Below are positions 8,390 to 18,569 of a DNA stretch of 36,671 nt, in pieces. The translations under genes were made by a program, and so were the position numbers. The DNA is taken from positions 1-36,671 of the forward strand of contig CAYWAK010000004.1 of NCBI GenBank assembly GCA_964455755.1. The letters run 5' to 3'. This DNA comes from an uncultured Ardenticatenales bacterium (GTDB lineage: Bacteria > Chloroflexota > Anaerolineae > Ardenticatenales > JAADHH01). Below the pieces are notes generated by a model. That model saw only the letters and a list, made by a program, of their open reading frames with translations. It was not told the DNA's origin and ran no database searches. Position 1 is the first letter of the stretch. The number at the start of each line of letters is the position of its first letter.

Positions 8390-9386
8390 ATTACTCTGAC
8401 CTCCTGTTTCAAACACTGAAATCAATTACGTAATAGAAAGCCTGCCAATCGCATTAAAGAGCAATTGCTGTTCGCTTGAACGATCCCCCTACGCACCACC
8501 CCCTTTCCTATGACATCAAGGATAAGTCCAAGAAACCAAGTTGCCAGTTACATGTTACTCACGGTGCCCCGACAAGATTATGCCTTTGCAAGGGCCACAA
8601 GTTTATCGTTGGCAACGAAACGGCCGTACCAATTTGTTTCATCGGCCCTCCGGCCGATCCACACATGGAAAGAACAAACAAAATCCCCCCAACTACACCG
8701 TTTCATTTATAAAGGGCGTGGCCGGAGGGCAGGAAAAACCATATACCATAAACATTGGGAAAGGAACAGCGCAGAGGATAACTTCGACGATTTCCTATTC
8801 GGACACGTCCAGGAATCCTTTGAATCATTACCTTTTGCCATCCAATTTGAATTCTCGGTATGGAAAGGGTGCATCGTCATAAATGAAAATGCCTTCTTAC
8901 CTGCGAATACAAACTTCTTGCGGCTACAACGATCACATACTTACAACACGGTGGCAGTTCTTGTCTACGTTCCATGGCAGGACCGAAATAAGCTCTCGCC
9001 ATGTACAAGCTATGCTGTGCTACCAAATCTCGTTGTTAAAGGTAAAACCTGGGGTTCTGTATGAAGAAAAGCACTTACCCACGCAAACACAATGCGAAGC
9101 TGTAGGTAACTTTGCTATACTTAGTATACACCATTTTTTATCGGTTGTCAACCCCCCTAAAAACAAAGAATTCGCGGCCTGCCCCTGCCACCCAAAACGC
9201 GCCCAGGCGCGTTGCCGGGCGATCAACCTGCTTCCTTCCGGCAGGTTTGTGATAACAGCCGTCGAATTCATTCGATGGTTGTTCCACGCTGTGCTCTCTG
9301 CGCCTCTGCGGCGCGTAAACTACCGGCCAGAACACGCTCCAGACCCCTGTGGGTAAATCACCGGGCGTGGTAACGTGTGCCACGCG

Positions 9387-10853
9387 TTACGACGGCGGCG
9401 GGCAGCGATAGATGACCAGGTTCGAAGCATAGCCATAGGCTGCGCCGGCAAAGCGCTGCCCGACCGCGCAGTGCCCGGCCAAAACCATGCGCTCAAGCCG
9501 GGGGAACATGCCGTCATGCAGCACCAGATAGCGGGGATGGTAGCGATTCACGGCCCAAATCGCTGCGTCTTCGTAGCTCGTTTGCGCGGTGAGTTGCCGG
9601 GCAACATCCGGATAGATCAAACCGGCGAAATCTACCATCGGGCGCCGGGCATAATAGCCGATGATGCCGGTCTCCAGCACACCGACCCGCGCGTCCGCCT
9701 CTGTGTTTTCGGCCAGCCAGGTGCCCACGGCACGGTAGATGGGCACACGCCGGTCCACGTGCTGGCGCAGTTGCCAAACGCCCCAACCCTGCATCACCGC
9801 GAACCCCAGAATCGCCAGAGTCACCCCGGCCGCGGAAAAAGCCGGCCGCGAGACAACGCGCCGTAGCCCGGCATACGCCGCTTCAAAACCCAGGCCCACG
9901 GCTACCACAAAGCCCGGCACCAGCGGTGCGTAATACCAAAAGTATCGAGAGACGCCCAGCGCCGTGTAGGCGATGATGAACAGCGCCGGCCAGGCCAGAA
10001 TCAGGCCCCACCGGCGCCGCCGGACCAGCATAAAGAGGAGGCCAGCAGCAGCCAGCAGCGCTTCCAGCCGGTAGGTCCAGTACCGGCCATAGCCCGCCGC
10101 CAGGTCCGCGAGGCCCTGAGCAAAGGATTGGCTGGCTTTCAACGCCCCCTGATGCTGCTTAACGGCAAGCGTTGCCGGTATGGGCGAGCCGAAATACCAC
10201 CAGGCGAAGGCAAACCACGCCCCGCTGATGGCCACAAACAGGATCACCGGGAACCAGGGGATGTCTTGCTCGCGCCGCCGCAGCACATAATGGGCCGTCA
10301 GCAGCATCAGCAGCGGAACGGCATCGGCACGGGTAAGCAGAACCAGCGCGCCGGCAAGAGCGGCCAGCGCGTAGCGTCGCCGGACGTACCAGACGATCGT
10401 GGCCAGGCAGAGCATGTTGTAGAAGATCATTTCCCCACCAAATGTCGTGAAAAGGAGGGGAAACATGGGGTACAGCAGGAGCCCGGCCCAGCCGACCATG
10501 CGGGTCTTCCATTCCTGCGCCAACTGCCACAGCAAAAGCCCCCCGCCGGCCAAAGAGAGCGCACTCAGAAAATTGCTGAGCGCAGGCAACGCCGGCCACG
10601 CCTTGCCCAACAACGCCAGGAGCAGGGCATACAGCGGGGTCGTCGTGCTGAGCACATGCTGACCCGGGTTATAGACGAAGCCATGGCCGGCCAAAAGATT
10701 CTGGGCATAGCGGAAGGTGATGAAGGGATCGTCATAGGCCCAGTGGGCATAGGTCAGGGTTGCCGCACCGGTGACGAGGCCAACGTAAAGGATCGGCCAC
10801 CACCGGTGCCACCTCGCCTGCGCAATGTTCAATGCGAATGGCTCCCGCTTCAA
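9387..10853 (-). CDS. Polytopic GT-C-fold membrane glycosyltransferase (Aft/ArnT/PMT-like)
   Basis: 488 aa with more than 10 hydrophobic helices. The first extracytoplasmic loop carries AYDDPFITFRYAQNLLAGHGFVYNPG, the acidic DD motif typical of GT-C enzymes that use polyprenyl-phosphate sugars. TTG start with no clear SD, so the start is uncertain. Confidence 0.65.
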   Translation of the reverse strand: MKREPFALNIAQARWHRWWPILYVGLVTGAATLTYAHWAYDDPFITFRYAQNLLAGHGFVYNPGQHVLSTTTPLYALLLALLGKAWPALPALSNFLSALSLAGGGLLLWQLAQEWKTRMVGWAGLLLYPMFPLLFTTFGGEMIFYNMLCLATIVWYVRRRYALAALAGALVLLTRADAVPLLMLLTAHYVLRRREQDIPWFPVILFVAISGAWFAFAWWYFGSPIPATLAVKQHQGALKASQSFAQGLADLAAGYGRYWTYRLEALLAAAGLLFMLVRRRRWGLILAWPALFIIAYTALGVSRYFWYYAPLVPGFVVAVGLGFEAAYAGLRRVVSRPAFSAAGVTLAILGFAVMQGWGVWQLRQHVDRRVPIYRAVGTWLAENTEADARVGVLETGIIGYYARRPMVDFAGLIYPDVARQLTAQTSYEDAAIWAVNRYHPRYLVLHDGMFPRLERMVLAGHCAVGQRFAGAAYGYASNLVIYRCPPPS

Positions 10854-10993
10854 GTCAGTCGTCGGTCATCAGATGCCGGTCATCAGCCGCCAGCAAGTAG
10901 GTGTCAGATGCACGTATCGCGCCTTCTAAAGTTCATCATTCATCGTTCCGCATTCAACCGCGCCCCACGCTCGACGCTCCCCGATCGCCCCCC

Positions 10994-12535
10994 TCAGGGC
11001 GCGCGGATGATGTACACCGGGTCGAATCCGACGTAGAGGCGGTAGTCTGATCCGGAAACCGTGGGCGTGACCGGCGCGCCGTAGCGGTCAAAGGCGGCTA
11101 CGAATTCGGCCCCAGGGATCGTCACCGCATACGTCACATCCTGCTTGGCCCAGGCCACATCCACCTCTTGGGCCCCTTTGCTAAACATATAGGCCTCAAT
11201 TCCGGAACCGTAGTTTGCCGGACCGACGTAGATCGTTTTCTTCAATTGGGCATTCAGTTGCTGGTAGGCAACATAGACCGAACGTGGGTACGCGTTGCTA
11301 TCGAGGAGACCGGTATACCTCCATCCGGGGCCATTCAGCGTGTACCAGACGAAGCCCTTGACATCTTCACCCAGTCCCCGTACAAAAGTGCGCACGACAT
11401 AGTCGGCCTGCATCTCGTAAAACGCATTTCCCGGCGGGTCACAGCCGGGAGTCTGTTCCGGACACATCAAACCGGTTTCGTTAGCGAAGACCGGCTTGTC
11501 AACGCCATACGCGCTCATCACCTGACGGAGATAGCGAGCCTTCCCGACGATATTTCCTCCCCAAGAGTCCCAGTTTCCACCGGCCGCGTTATCGTGATCC
11601 ACCTTCTGATTTACGTAGGACAGATACGAGTGATAAGGAACGATATCGAAATCGGACGCAGCCCCCGCTACGAGGATTCCTTCGAAGAATCGTTCGGGCT
11701 TCCCTTTCGCCAGGTCGGTCGTATTCGGGGTATCGAGGAGCAGTCCGCCGATCCAAACTTTGGCCTCGGCGTCCCGTTCCTTGATGGCCGGGGCAATGAC
11801 TTTCAACATCTCGCCATAATGCCGGCCGCCGTAGTACGGGTCGCTGATGTCGCCCCAACAGCCGTACACGCGATACGGGCTGGTGGGACTGGTCACGAAG
11901 GTGGGGTCAACGTCCGGCTCATTGCCCAGCTCCCAATTGTGAACGTTGAACTCCGGGGTCTTGTAGCGGTCCACCAATGCCCGGACGAATTGGGCATAAG
12001 CGCCAAACTTGTCCGTCCTGATGGCTCCACATGTTGTCGGCCAGGGTGTGCCGATCGTCGCCCAGGTCGGGTAATCCTGCAGGATCACCACCGGGGTCAT
12101 GCCGGCCGCCTTCAGAGCACGCAGCTCGTCCTCAAAGGACGCCAGGAGATCCCAGTGGTACGTATCGCCTTGCACAGGTTCTATCGTTCGCCACGAGACG
12201 CGGCTATTCATCCGCACCCAGCCGGCCCCCAGGTCTATGGCCCGCGTCAGAATCGTGCCGCCGGCGAGGGGCAAATTGGATTCCACGCCAAATGGCGATG
12301 GCTGCGGAAAAGAACGAATCACGGCGGGTAGATAGACTGTGGTGGATGAAACACTCTGCCGGGGGGAAACGAGAGCTGCTCGTCCAGTCTCACGCACGTC
12401 ACGACTGCTCGCAGCAGAAGCATGGCTGAAGTGCAAGCCAAGCCACGTGAGAGCCGACAACATCGTCAGCACGCAAATGGCTGCGGCAAGGCGTGAGAAA
12501 CCGTTCCTGAATCCGGTTGCTGTTTCCATATTCAA
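10994..12535 (-). CDS. Secreted clan GH-A (GH5/GH39-like TIM-barrel) glycoside hydrolase
   Basis: 513 aa with an N-terminal signal/anchor (AAAICVLTMLSALTWLGL). WELGNEPD (acid/base Glu in an NEP motif) and FANETG (nucleophile Glu) are spaced as in clan A. Its start codon directly abuts the upstream stop (12536). Confidence 0.7.
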   Translation of the reverse strand: MNMETATGFRNGFSRLAAAICVLTMLSALTWLGLHFSHASAASSRDVRETGRAALVSPRQSVSSTTVYLPAVIRSFPQPSPFGVESNLPLAGGTILTRAIDLGAGWVRMNSRVSWRTIEPVQGDTYHWDLLASFEDELRALKAAGMTPVVILQDYPTWATIGTPWPTTCGAIRTDKFGAYAQFVRALVDRYKTPEFNVHNWELGNEPDVDPTFVTSPTSPYRVYGCWGDISDPYYGGRHYGEMLKVIAPAIKERDAEAKVWIGGLLLDTPNTTDLAKGKPERFFEGILVAGAASDFDIVPYHSYLSYVNQKVDHDNAAGGNWDSWGGNIVGKARYLRQVMSAYGVDKPVFANETGLMCPEQTPGCDPPGNAFYEMQADYVVRTFVRGLGEDVKGFVWYTLNGPGWRYTGLLDSNAYPRSVYVAYQQLNAQLKKTIYVGPANYGSGIEAYMFSKGAQEVDVAWAKQDVTYAVTIPGAEFVAAFDRYGAPVTPTVSGSDYRLYVGFDPVYIIRAP

Positions 12536-14527
12536 TCACATTCCTCCAAAGAATTTCCAAATTGTCGTCATCGAGACCACGTCCAGCAGCGCCAGCGCGC
12601 CGAGCAGGCCGCGCGCCACGCGTCCCTGATACCGTCCCGGCACCCAGGCGAGCCAACCGGCCATCAAGGCCAGGGCCGTGGGAATGATCACCGGGTAGCC
12701 ATACCGCGCACTGGGCGTAAAAACCTGGTCGAGACTGGGATGGAAGCGCAGAAGGGCGCTCCCCCATCCTATGAACATAACGATTGCCAAGAAGGCTATC
12801 GCCCGTTTCTTGTGCGCCAGATTCTCCTGCCCGGAACTTCCCATACTGCGCGGCGCATTTTGGAAGCCTTCGTCATTGAATATGGCCCCCGCATTTTCCG
12901 GCACGCCAGAGGAGCGGACTACGCGGGCAGCACGAATCAACAGCCCTATTAGACTAAACGCTGTAATCACCCGAAAGATACGGTACCACACTTCGGGAAG
13001 CCCGATATGATTCCACCCGAAGCGCGCCCAAAACGTTCGGAACAAGTTGTCCGCTGTAGGCAAATAAAGCGCACGCGTCCGTGACCAATCGAGGACGGAG
13101 GCCACGAACAGCGACAGCGGAGCCGGGGCATAAACCATCAAAGACTGCTCGACCCAGGGCCGCAACCGTGGCCACAGCCACTCTCCGGAGCCGTTGCGCA
13201 GGCGATTCGTGAAGGGCTGCCCACCCCACCGGCCCCGCTGACCGCTCGGATCATCAAAGCGGGGGGCCGAATCGAGCGGCCACACCCCTTCGTGCAACAC
13301 AAGGCCGTCGTAGTACACCGTCACCGGTTCGCGTGCTCCCGCCCCAAGCGAAGGGTCCAGCACAACTTCCACCTGGTGCGCCTCGTCCGAGACCGATTGG
13401 GTGTGGGCATAAAAGACCGGCGTGGTGGTAATGTCGAGCACGTGCGGTGCGTGCGGCGATCCGTCGCGCAGGGCGGGGGCACGCACGGGCACCGGTTCGG
13501 TGGCCCACATCCACGCCCCGATGGTGACCTCTTGGCCGCGCAGTGCCTCGACATCGCGAGTCAGCAACGGCTGCCTGACGCCAACCCGCGATTCGGCGGT
13601 GCCCAGTTGCATGGCCAGCACCCGGTGGCCGAGCGGGGCCTGGGCCGATTCTTGCGGCAGCGATGTTTCTCGCCCCGGATTACGATACCAGTATGCCCCA
13701 TCGTCCCATGAGAAGAGAGCCGTTATGCCCAGCAAAATCACGCCCAACAGGATGACCGTTCCCTGCCACGGCCACGGACCACGGAGCAGGCCCAGCGCGA
13801 TAACCGGCAGGGCCAACAGGACAGCCGAGCCAACAGTGTTCTTGGTCGCGGCGCAGATCGCGGCGCTGCCAACCACCCAGATGAGCCGGCGCGCGGACAG
13901 GCCACGCATGATCATCCGCACACTCCCCCACAGAAACAGGGAGAAGAAAGCGATCGCGCCGACGTCGTTGTTCACCGCCGTCATCAAGTCCGAAAAGGCG
14001 GGCAACAGCATCATGAAGGCGGGCACGGCCCAGCGCAAGGGATGGCGTGCGGGGGTCAGGTCGGCGACCAGGCGACCGGCCACCCAAATCGTTGACGCAT
14101 ACAGAATCACGGAGACCAAACGGCCTACGTAAAGTTGAAACGTTACGCCGGTGTAGTGAAAGAAACGCAGAGGCAAAGCGAGCAACAGGTAATAGAAAGG
14201 AGGGTGGCTGAGTTCCGACAACCCAATCCAGATCGGTTCCTTCAACGATATGAGATCAGGACGGAATCCGAGGTCACGGAAGAAATTGTGGGTCAGCATC
14301 GAAGCGGCCACTTCGCGACGCATGGACTGGTCGAATTCGCCTGCCTGTGGCAATTGCCCGCGGTTCGCAATCAGCCACGCATATTCAAAGTGGGTCGGTT
14401 CGTCGTAATGTTGCCAGGGAGGTTCAAGAGACAGGTAAATAAGGCCATGCAGAAAGGCCGCGATAACGAGACCAGGCAGGATAAGCTTTTCCAGGCCACT
14501 TGTACGAAAGAAAGTGCCGCTACTCAT
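12536..14527 (-). CDS. Polytopic membrane protein, DUF2142-like / GT-C-like (tentative)
   Basis: 663 aa. An N-terminal TM helix is followed by PPWQHYDEPTHFEYAWLIA (a DExxH loop as I recall for DUF2142). There are several TM helices, a ~180 aa soluble insert, then C-terminal TM helices. Confidence 0.6.
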   Translation of the reverse strand: MSSGTFFRTSGLEKLILPGLVIAAFLHGLIYLSLEPPWQHYDEPTHFEYAWLIANRGQLPQAGEFDQSMRREVAASMLTHNFFRDLGFRPDLISLKEPIWIGLSELSHPPFYYLLLALPLRFFHYTGVTFQLYVGRLVSVILYASTIWVAGRLVADLTPARHPLRWAVPAFMMLLPAFSDLMTAVNNDVGAIAFFSLFLWGSVRMIMRGLSARRLIWVVGSAAICAATKNTVGSAVLLALPVIALGLLRGPWPWQGTVILLGVILLGITALFSWDDGAYWYRNPGRETSLPQESAQAPLGHRVLAMQLGTAESRVGVRQPLLTRDVEALRGQEVTIGAWMWATEPVPVRAPALRDGSPHAPHVLDITTTPVFYAHTQSVSDEAHQVEVVLDPSLGAGAREPVTVYYDGLVLHEGVWPLDSAPRFDDPSGQRGRWGGQPFTNRLRNGSGEWLWPRLRPWVEQSLMVYAPAPLSLFVASVLDWSRTRALYLPTADNLFRTFWARFGWNHIGLPEVWYRIFRVITAFSLIGLLIRAARVVRSSGVPENAGAIFNDEGFQNAPRSMGSSGQENLAHKKRAIAFLAIVMFIGWGSALLRFHPSLDQVFTPSARYGYPVIIPTALALMAGWLAWVPGRYQGRVARGLLGALALLDVVSMTTIWKFFGGM

Positions 14528-14536
14528 GATGGGCCG

Positions 14537-14565
14537 ATTATAACGTCAATTGGCTGACAGTGCAA
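14537..14565 (-). promoter_or_regulatory. Sigma-70-like box TTGCAC-N17-TATAAT, 9 nt upstream of the ATG at 14527 (near-leaderless)
   Basis: Minus strand: TTGCAC (14560-14565), 17 nt spacer, TATAAT (14537-14542). It shares the 11-mer ACGTTATAATC with the box at 20915. Confidence 0.3.
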
Positions 14566-16972
14566 ATATCCACACCAGGTCATGGTGGTAAACGGGCTGA
14601 AAGTATGGGCTGGCGAGCAAATCGGCAGCCACCAGGGGGTGTTTCTCGCCGAAGCCGATTTGCCCCTGGCGCTGTCCGAGGTACACATGGGTGACGCCCG
14701 CGGCGCGGAGCCACCGGGCCGTCTCGGCATCCCCGAAGTCGGCTTGCTGCACGCGGTGATAGAACGCCAGCAGCTCTTGCCGCATTTCCGGGCGCGCTGT
14801 TTTCTCGGTGCCATAGATCAAGGGCGGCACGGTATTGGCCCGGCCGGCCAGCAGCGGAATCCACCAGCCGGCGTCCGCGCCGACCACAACACTATCGCCA
14901 TACGCGGTGAAGCCGTTGACCAGAAATCGGGCGTCGGCCGGCGTGTTCTGGCGAATCCAGGCCATCGCTTCTGTATCGGGCCGGCTGACCATCTGATAGC
15001 GCGCGTCCCGCACACCGGCCATTGTTTTCGCCCCGAAAAGGGCTGCAACCAGGAAAAGGGCCACCATCATGCGTCCGGCCAGGGGTTGCCATCGTTGCAA
15101 AGCGCTCGTCAGGTCACCGAGCATGTACCCGACCAACAGGCCGGCCGGCATGTACAGGGCAATGAACACGGCAAAGTTGTTCACCACGCCGGTTCCCGGC
15201 AGGCCGAGCAGGCTCGGGTTGGCCAGCAACAGCAAGAAGACGGTCCACACGATGACGACCGTCGCCCCTCGCCGGCGATGCAGCAAGGCCCACAACGCGG
15301 CAAGCAGCATGAGGCCGATGAGCGCGGCCGGCAGGTAGGGGTGAATGTCGCCGACCGCGTTGTAGCCGGTACGGACGTAGGTGGACGTGTGCCCTTCGGC
15401 CAGCCGGCCATACATGTTCGCCAGCCGGCTGGAGAGCAAGTTCATCGCCCAGGGCAAATCAACCAACAGGGCGACGATTCCGACCAGACTCAAACGAGCC
15501 AGTGCCCGCCGCCCGCGCGCCGGCAATTCCCCTTCATGCGCAAGGTGGAAGGGGAGCCAGGCCAGGAAAAAGCAGAGATAGAACAGGAAGACCCGGTAGT
15601 GCGTCAGGCTCAACCCGGCCACGGCCAAGCCGGCGAGCACGATTTCCCGACGCCGGCGGCCTTCGATGGCGTGCAGAGTGAGCAGGATGGCCATGGGCAA
15701 CACCGCCTGACCGGCCAACTGCGTGTAGCGGCCCCAGTTGATGTAGAACTGAGGCATGGGTGAGAACAGCCCGGCCACCAGCACGGCCCCCACCCCGGCC
15801 CAGCGATTGTTTGTCAAGCGCACAGCCAGCGGGTAAAGTCCCAAAACGGCCAGGACGTTGAGCACCTGTCCGATTACGATCACCGCCGTTGCCGCCGGCT
15901 GGCCGCTCACCCAGTGCTGGGCGGCAACCAGACTGTGAAAGCCAAAGTGGTAGGTGAGGGAGCGCAGGGGCGCATAAGGCTCCCACGATTGGAAAAGCCC
16001 GCCCCGGTCAATCAGGAGCTGCGCCAGCATGGTGTGCTGGTACGAATCGCCCCACATCGGCACCTCCAACCCCCGCGCGGCGAGCCAGCGCGTCGCTGCT
16101 ACCAGCAGGATGAGTAACGAGAGCACCGGCAGCGGCAGCGAGGCCTGTCTGCGCGGCCGGAGAGCCGGCGCGCCCCGCCGAAAGCGCACCACAATGGCCG
16201 CGGCGGCCAGCACGAGTCCGGCGACTATCACCAGGCGGCCCATGCGCAAGTGCAGCACGTGCGCCCACAGCATGACCAGCGGCGCGAGGGCTGCGCTCAG
16301 TGCCGGCGCTACGGTCAGCCGCTCGCTCCAGCCCGCCGCGTCTGCTGGCTGGAGCCAAAGGAGCAGAGCCAGGCCGGGCAAAAGGAGCAAGGCCGCCAAC
16401 GCCAGCCCCCAGGGGATTGCCTGAGCCATCTCGCCGGCCAGGGCAAGGAGCAGGCGCAGCGGGTCGTAATGCAACCGGAAAACCAGTTGCCCTTCCTGAG
16501 GCTGCCCGGCCAGGTAGAGCGCGCCGTCTTCGTAGGATTCGGCCGGCCCCTGCCAGGCAGTGAATGCGTCGCCCGGCTGTGCAGTGGGAGATTCCAGGAC
16601 GAAGAAGTATCTCCTACTGTCCGACCCCGATTGGACAGGAAAGGAAAAGGTGTGATAAGCATTGTCAACGACATCCGAAGCGGCAACGGTGACTGTGGCC
16701 AGGTCCTCGGTGCTCTCCGGGTTCGCTCGCAGATGGAAGATGAGGGGCCGGCTGTTCGGCCGCGCGTAGGTAGCGAGCAGGACTTCCACGCCGTTGAGCC
16801 CGCCCCACCGCGCGACGAAGGTCTGTCCTACGGTGTGCGGGCCGTAGATTTCTCCCGCCGGGATGTTGGCAGTCTGGCCTTGCACAGTTTCGGTCCAGGG
16901 TGTGCAGCCGGAAAGAGCGGCCACCAAGGCCAGCAGGAGGAGGAGATTTGTGTACTTCGAAGGCCACAACAT
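14546..16972 (-). CDS. Large polytopic membrane protein (GT-C-like, tentative) with lipobox signal and extracytoplasmic N-terminal ~130 aa module
   Basis: 808 aa. MLWPSKYTNLLLLLALVAALSGC carries an LSGC lipobox. Residues ~43-170 (GQTFVARW...FHLRANPE...YHTFSFP...RRYFFVLESP...GDAFTAW) are homologous to the C-terminus of CDS 20988..22889. About 14 TM helices follow, then a C-terminal soluble domain. Confidence 0.65.
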   Translation of the reverse strand: MLWPSKYTNLLLLLALVAALSGCTPWTETVQGQTANIPAGEIYGPHTVGQTFVARWGGLNGVEVLLATYARPNSRPLIFHLRANPESTEDLATVTVAASDVVDNAYHTFSFPVQSGSDSRRYFFVLESPTAQPGDAFTAWQGPAESYEDGALYLAGQPQEGQLVFRLHYDPLRLLLALAGEMAQAIPWGLALAALLLLPGLALLLWLQPADAAGWSERLTVAPALSAALAPLVMLWAHVLHLRMGRLVIVAGLVLAAAAIVVRFRRGAPALRPRRQASLPLPVLSLLILLVAATRWLAARGLEVPMWGDSYQHTMLAQLLIDRGGLFQSWEPYAPLRSLTYHFGFHSLVAAQHWVSGQPAATAVIVIGQVLNVLAVLGLYPLAVRLTNNRWAGVGAVLVAGLFSPMPQFYINWGRYTQLAGQAVLPMAILLTLHAIEGRRRREIVLAGLAVAGLSLTHYRVFLFYLCFFLAWLPFHLAHEGELPARGRRALARLSLVGIVALLVDLPWAMNLLSSRLANMYGRLAEGHTSTYVRTGYNAVGDIHPYLPAALIGLMLLAALWALLHRRRGATVVIVWTVFLLLLANPSLLGLPGTGVVNNFAVFIALYMPAGLLVGYMLGDLTSALQRWQPLAGRMMVALFLVAALFGAKTMAGVRDARYQMVSRPDTEAMAWIRQNTPADARFLVNGFTAYGDSVVVGADAGWWIPLLAGRANTVPPLIYGTEKTARPEMRQELLAFYHRVQQADFGDAETARWLRAAGVTHVYLGQRQGQIGFGEKHPLVAADLLASPYFQPVYHHDLVWIFALSAN

Positions 16973-17038
16973 GGGAGCCTCATTATCACAGCGTCTAGAA
17001 TGTTCTATGACGAATGCTTCAGCGATACGAATTGATGG

Positions 17039-17067
17039 ATTGTAACACTGATCTCGCTGAATGACAA
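17039..17067 (-). promoter_or_regulatory. Sigma-70-like promoter TTGTCA-N17-TACAAT upstream of the 808-aa gene
   Basis: Minus strand: TTGTCA (17062-17067), 17 nt spacer, TACAAT (17039-17044). It lies in the 230 nt spacer, ~65 nt upstream of the ATG at 16972. A second TGTGATAAT box (extended -10-like) lies 9 nt before the ATG. Confidence 0.35.
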
Positions 17068-17202
17068 CTGTTGACTTGTGGCAGATGAAAAGGACTCATA
17101 CAGCCGTCCCGTCCACTGCCAGGTAGCCGTACATCCAGCGGCGCATCTTTCCCCCCACCCTGTCATTCTTGGGCGCCAGCACGTACTTCTCATCTACCCC
17201 TG

Positions 17203-18567
17203 TCACCGTCCCAGTCGCCAGCGAAAGTAATTGCGCACCTCGAAAAGCAGGGCGCGGGGGCCACGACGCCGCCACGTCTCGATTGCGCGGGCCACGAGGT
17301 AGGAGGCCGGCAAGCCCGGCGCCCCGGCCGGCGACATGGTTGCGAAGCCGGGGGGAGGCTCTCCCCGCAGGCGGTCGGCGGCCCGGCGTGGCTGCCGGCA
17401 GAAGGCGAACAGCGGTTCCGCGACCCGCTCCCACATCATTTGTGGGGCAAGGGCCTGGAAGCGAGGCGCATAACTTTCGCGCAGATCGGGCGTGGCCAAC
17501 AGGCGATGTAAGGCCTCGGCCAGGGCAGCGGGGTCTTGCGGCGGCACCGCCAACCCCACGCCCTCGCGCACTGCTAACGCACTCATCTCGTCCCCGGCGG
17601 TCAGGACCATCGGTAGGCCGGCCCAGATGTAATCCAGCACACGGGTGCGAAAGGCATAGCGACCCTCCAGGTGATCGCGATGCAGGCTGATGCCCACATC
17701 CGCTTCCAGCAGGTAATTTTGCCGCTGGTCAAACGGCACCCAATCGTTGAAAAAGACATGCCTATCCAGCAACCCGAGTTTGCGACTCATGTCACGGGCC
17801 AGCCCTACGCGCGCGCTGGGAAAAACGCCTGGATTGGGTCGTTTAATGCCCATAAAGAAAAGTCGCACGTTCTCCATCCGGGCAGCCAACGGTCCCATGG
17901 CCTCGACCGCGGTGACGGGGTCCAGCCAATCCCAAACGCCTCCGCCCCACAGGACAACGCGGTCGTCCGGAGCGATCCCCGGATAGACCCCCTTTAGCAC
18001 CTCGTTCGTATGGCGCGGGCGGTCGGGAGGCAGGCCGAAGGGCACCACGTCAATCAGTCGCCGGAGTGCCGGATCGTCGGCGTACGTTTGGGGATTGACC
18101 CGGCCGGCGGCCACCAGCAACCCAATCCAGAAATCGCGTTGGCGTTCGCTGGCGCAGAGGAAGAAGTCACCGGCCCGCAGTTGCGCCGACATGGTGTCCA
18201 GCTCCCAGCGCAGGACGCCGGCCTGCACCTTTTCCGATTTTGCGTAGTACGTTTCCAGGTTCTCCAGCACGACGGGGTCGTAGAGATCCAGGACAAGGAT
18301 GTGGCTCCCGGCAGACAGGGACGGGTGTCGGGCCAGAGCGCGGCCCTGCGTAATGACGACGTCGTGGTCGCGCACCAGCGCCGGCAACGTTTGCGGATCG
18401 TAGCGCTGCCAGCGGAACGGCTCCGCGGGCAAGTTGCTTTCATTGGGCACGGCCAGCGTGACCTGGTGCACACGGCTCAACAGGCGGGCAAAAGCCAGCG
18501 CGCGAATCGCCGGCCCGGCCATCTGCCGGCCAACATAATCGAGGGAGAGTACCAAAATGCGGGACAC
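17203..18567 (-). CDS. GT-B fold glycosyltransferase (GT4-like)
   Basis: The track ORF (to 18732) would overlap the upstream gene by 160 nt. The GTG at 18565-18567 lies 2 nt after the upstream TGA, with AAAGGA upstream, and gives VSRILVLSLDYVGRQMAGPAIR (typical GT-B N-terminus). The C-terminal half is GT4-like (RVLDYIWAGLPMVLTAGDE). It ends with the shared C-terminal tag. Confidence 0.8.
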   Translation of the reverse strand: MSRILVLSLDYVGRQMAGPAIRALAFARLLSRVHQVTLAVPNESNLPAEPFRWQRYDPQTLPALVRDHDVVITQGRALARHPSLSAGSHILVLDLYDPVVLENLETYYAKSEKVQAGVLRWELDTMSAQLRAGDFFLCASERQRDFWIGLLVAAGRVNPQTYADDPALRRLIDVVPFGLPPDRPRHTNEVLKGVYPGIAPDDRVVLWGGGVWDWLDPVTAVEAMGPLAARMENVRLFFMGIKRPNPGVFPSARVGLARDMSRKLGLLDRHVFFNDWVPFDQRQNYLLEADVGISLHRDHLEGRYAFRTRVLDYIWAGLPMVLTAGDEMSALAVREGVGLAVPPQDPAALAEALHRLLATPDLRESYAPRFQALAPQMMWERVAEPLFAFCRQPRRAADRLRGEPPPGFATMSPAGAPGLPASYLVARAIETWRRRGPRALLFEVRNYFRWRLGR

Positions 18568-18569
18568 AA

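Noticed and set aside
8476-9383. ORFs inside the AT-richer gap (8510-9064, 8541-8882, 8883-9356, 9020-9271, 9138-9383)
   Set aside because: They overlap one another in several frames and have no SD. Their sequences are low-complexity and not protein-like. The region is better treated as non-coding or decayed.
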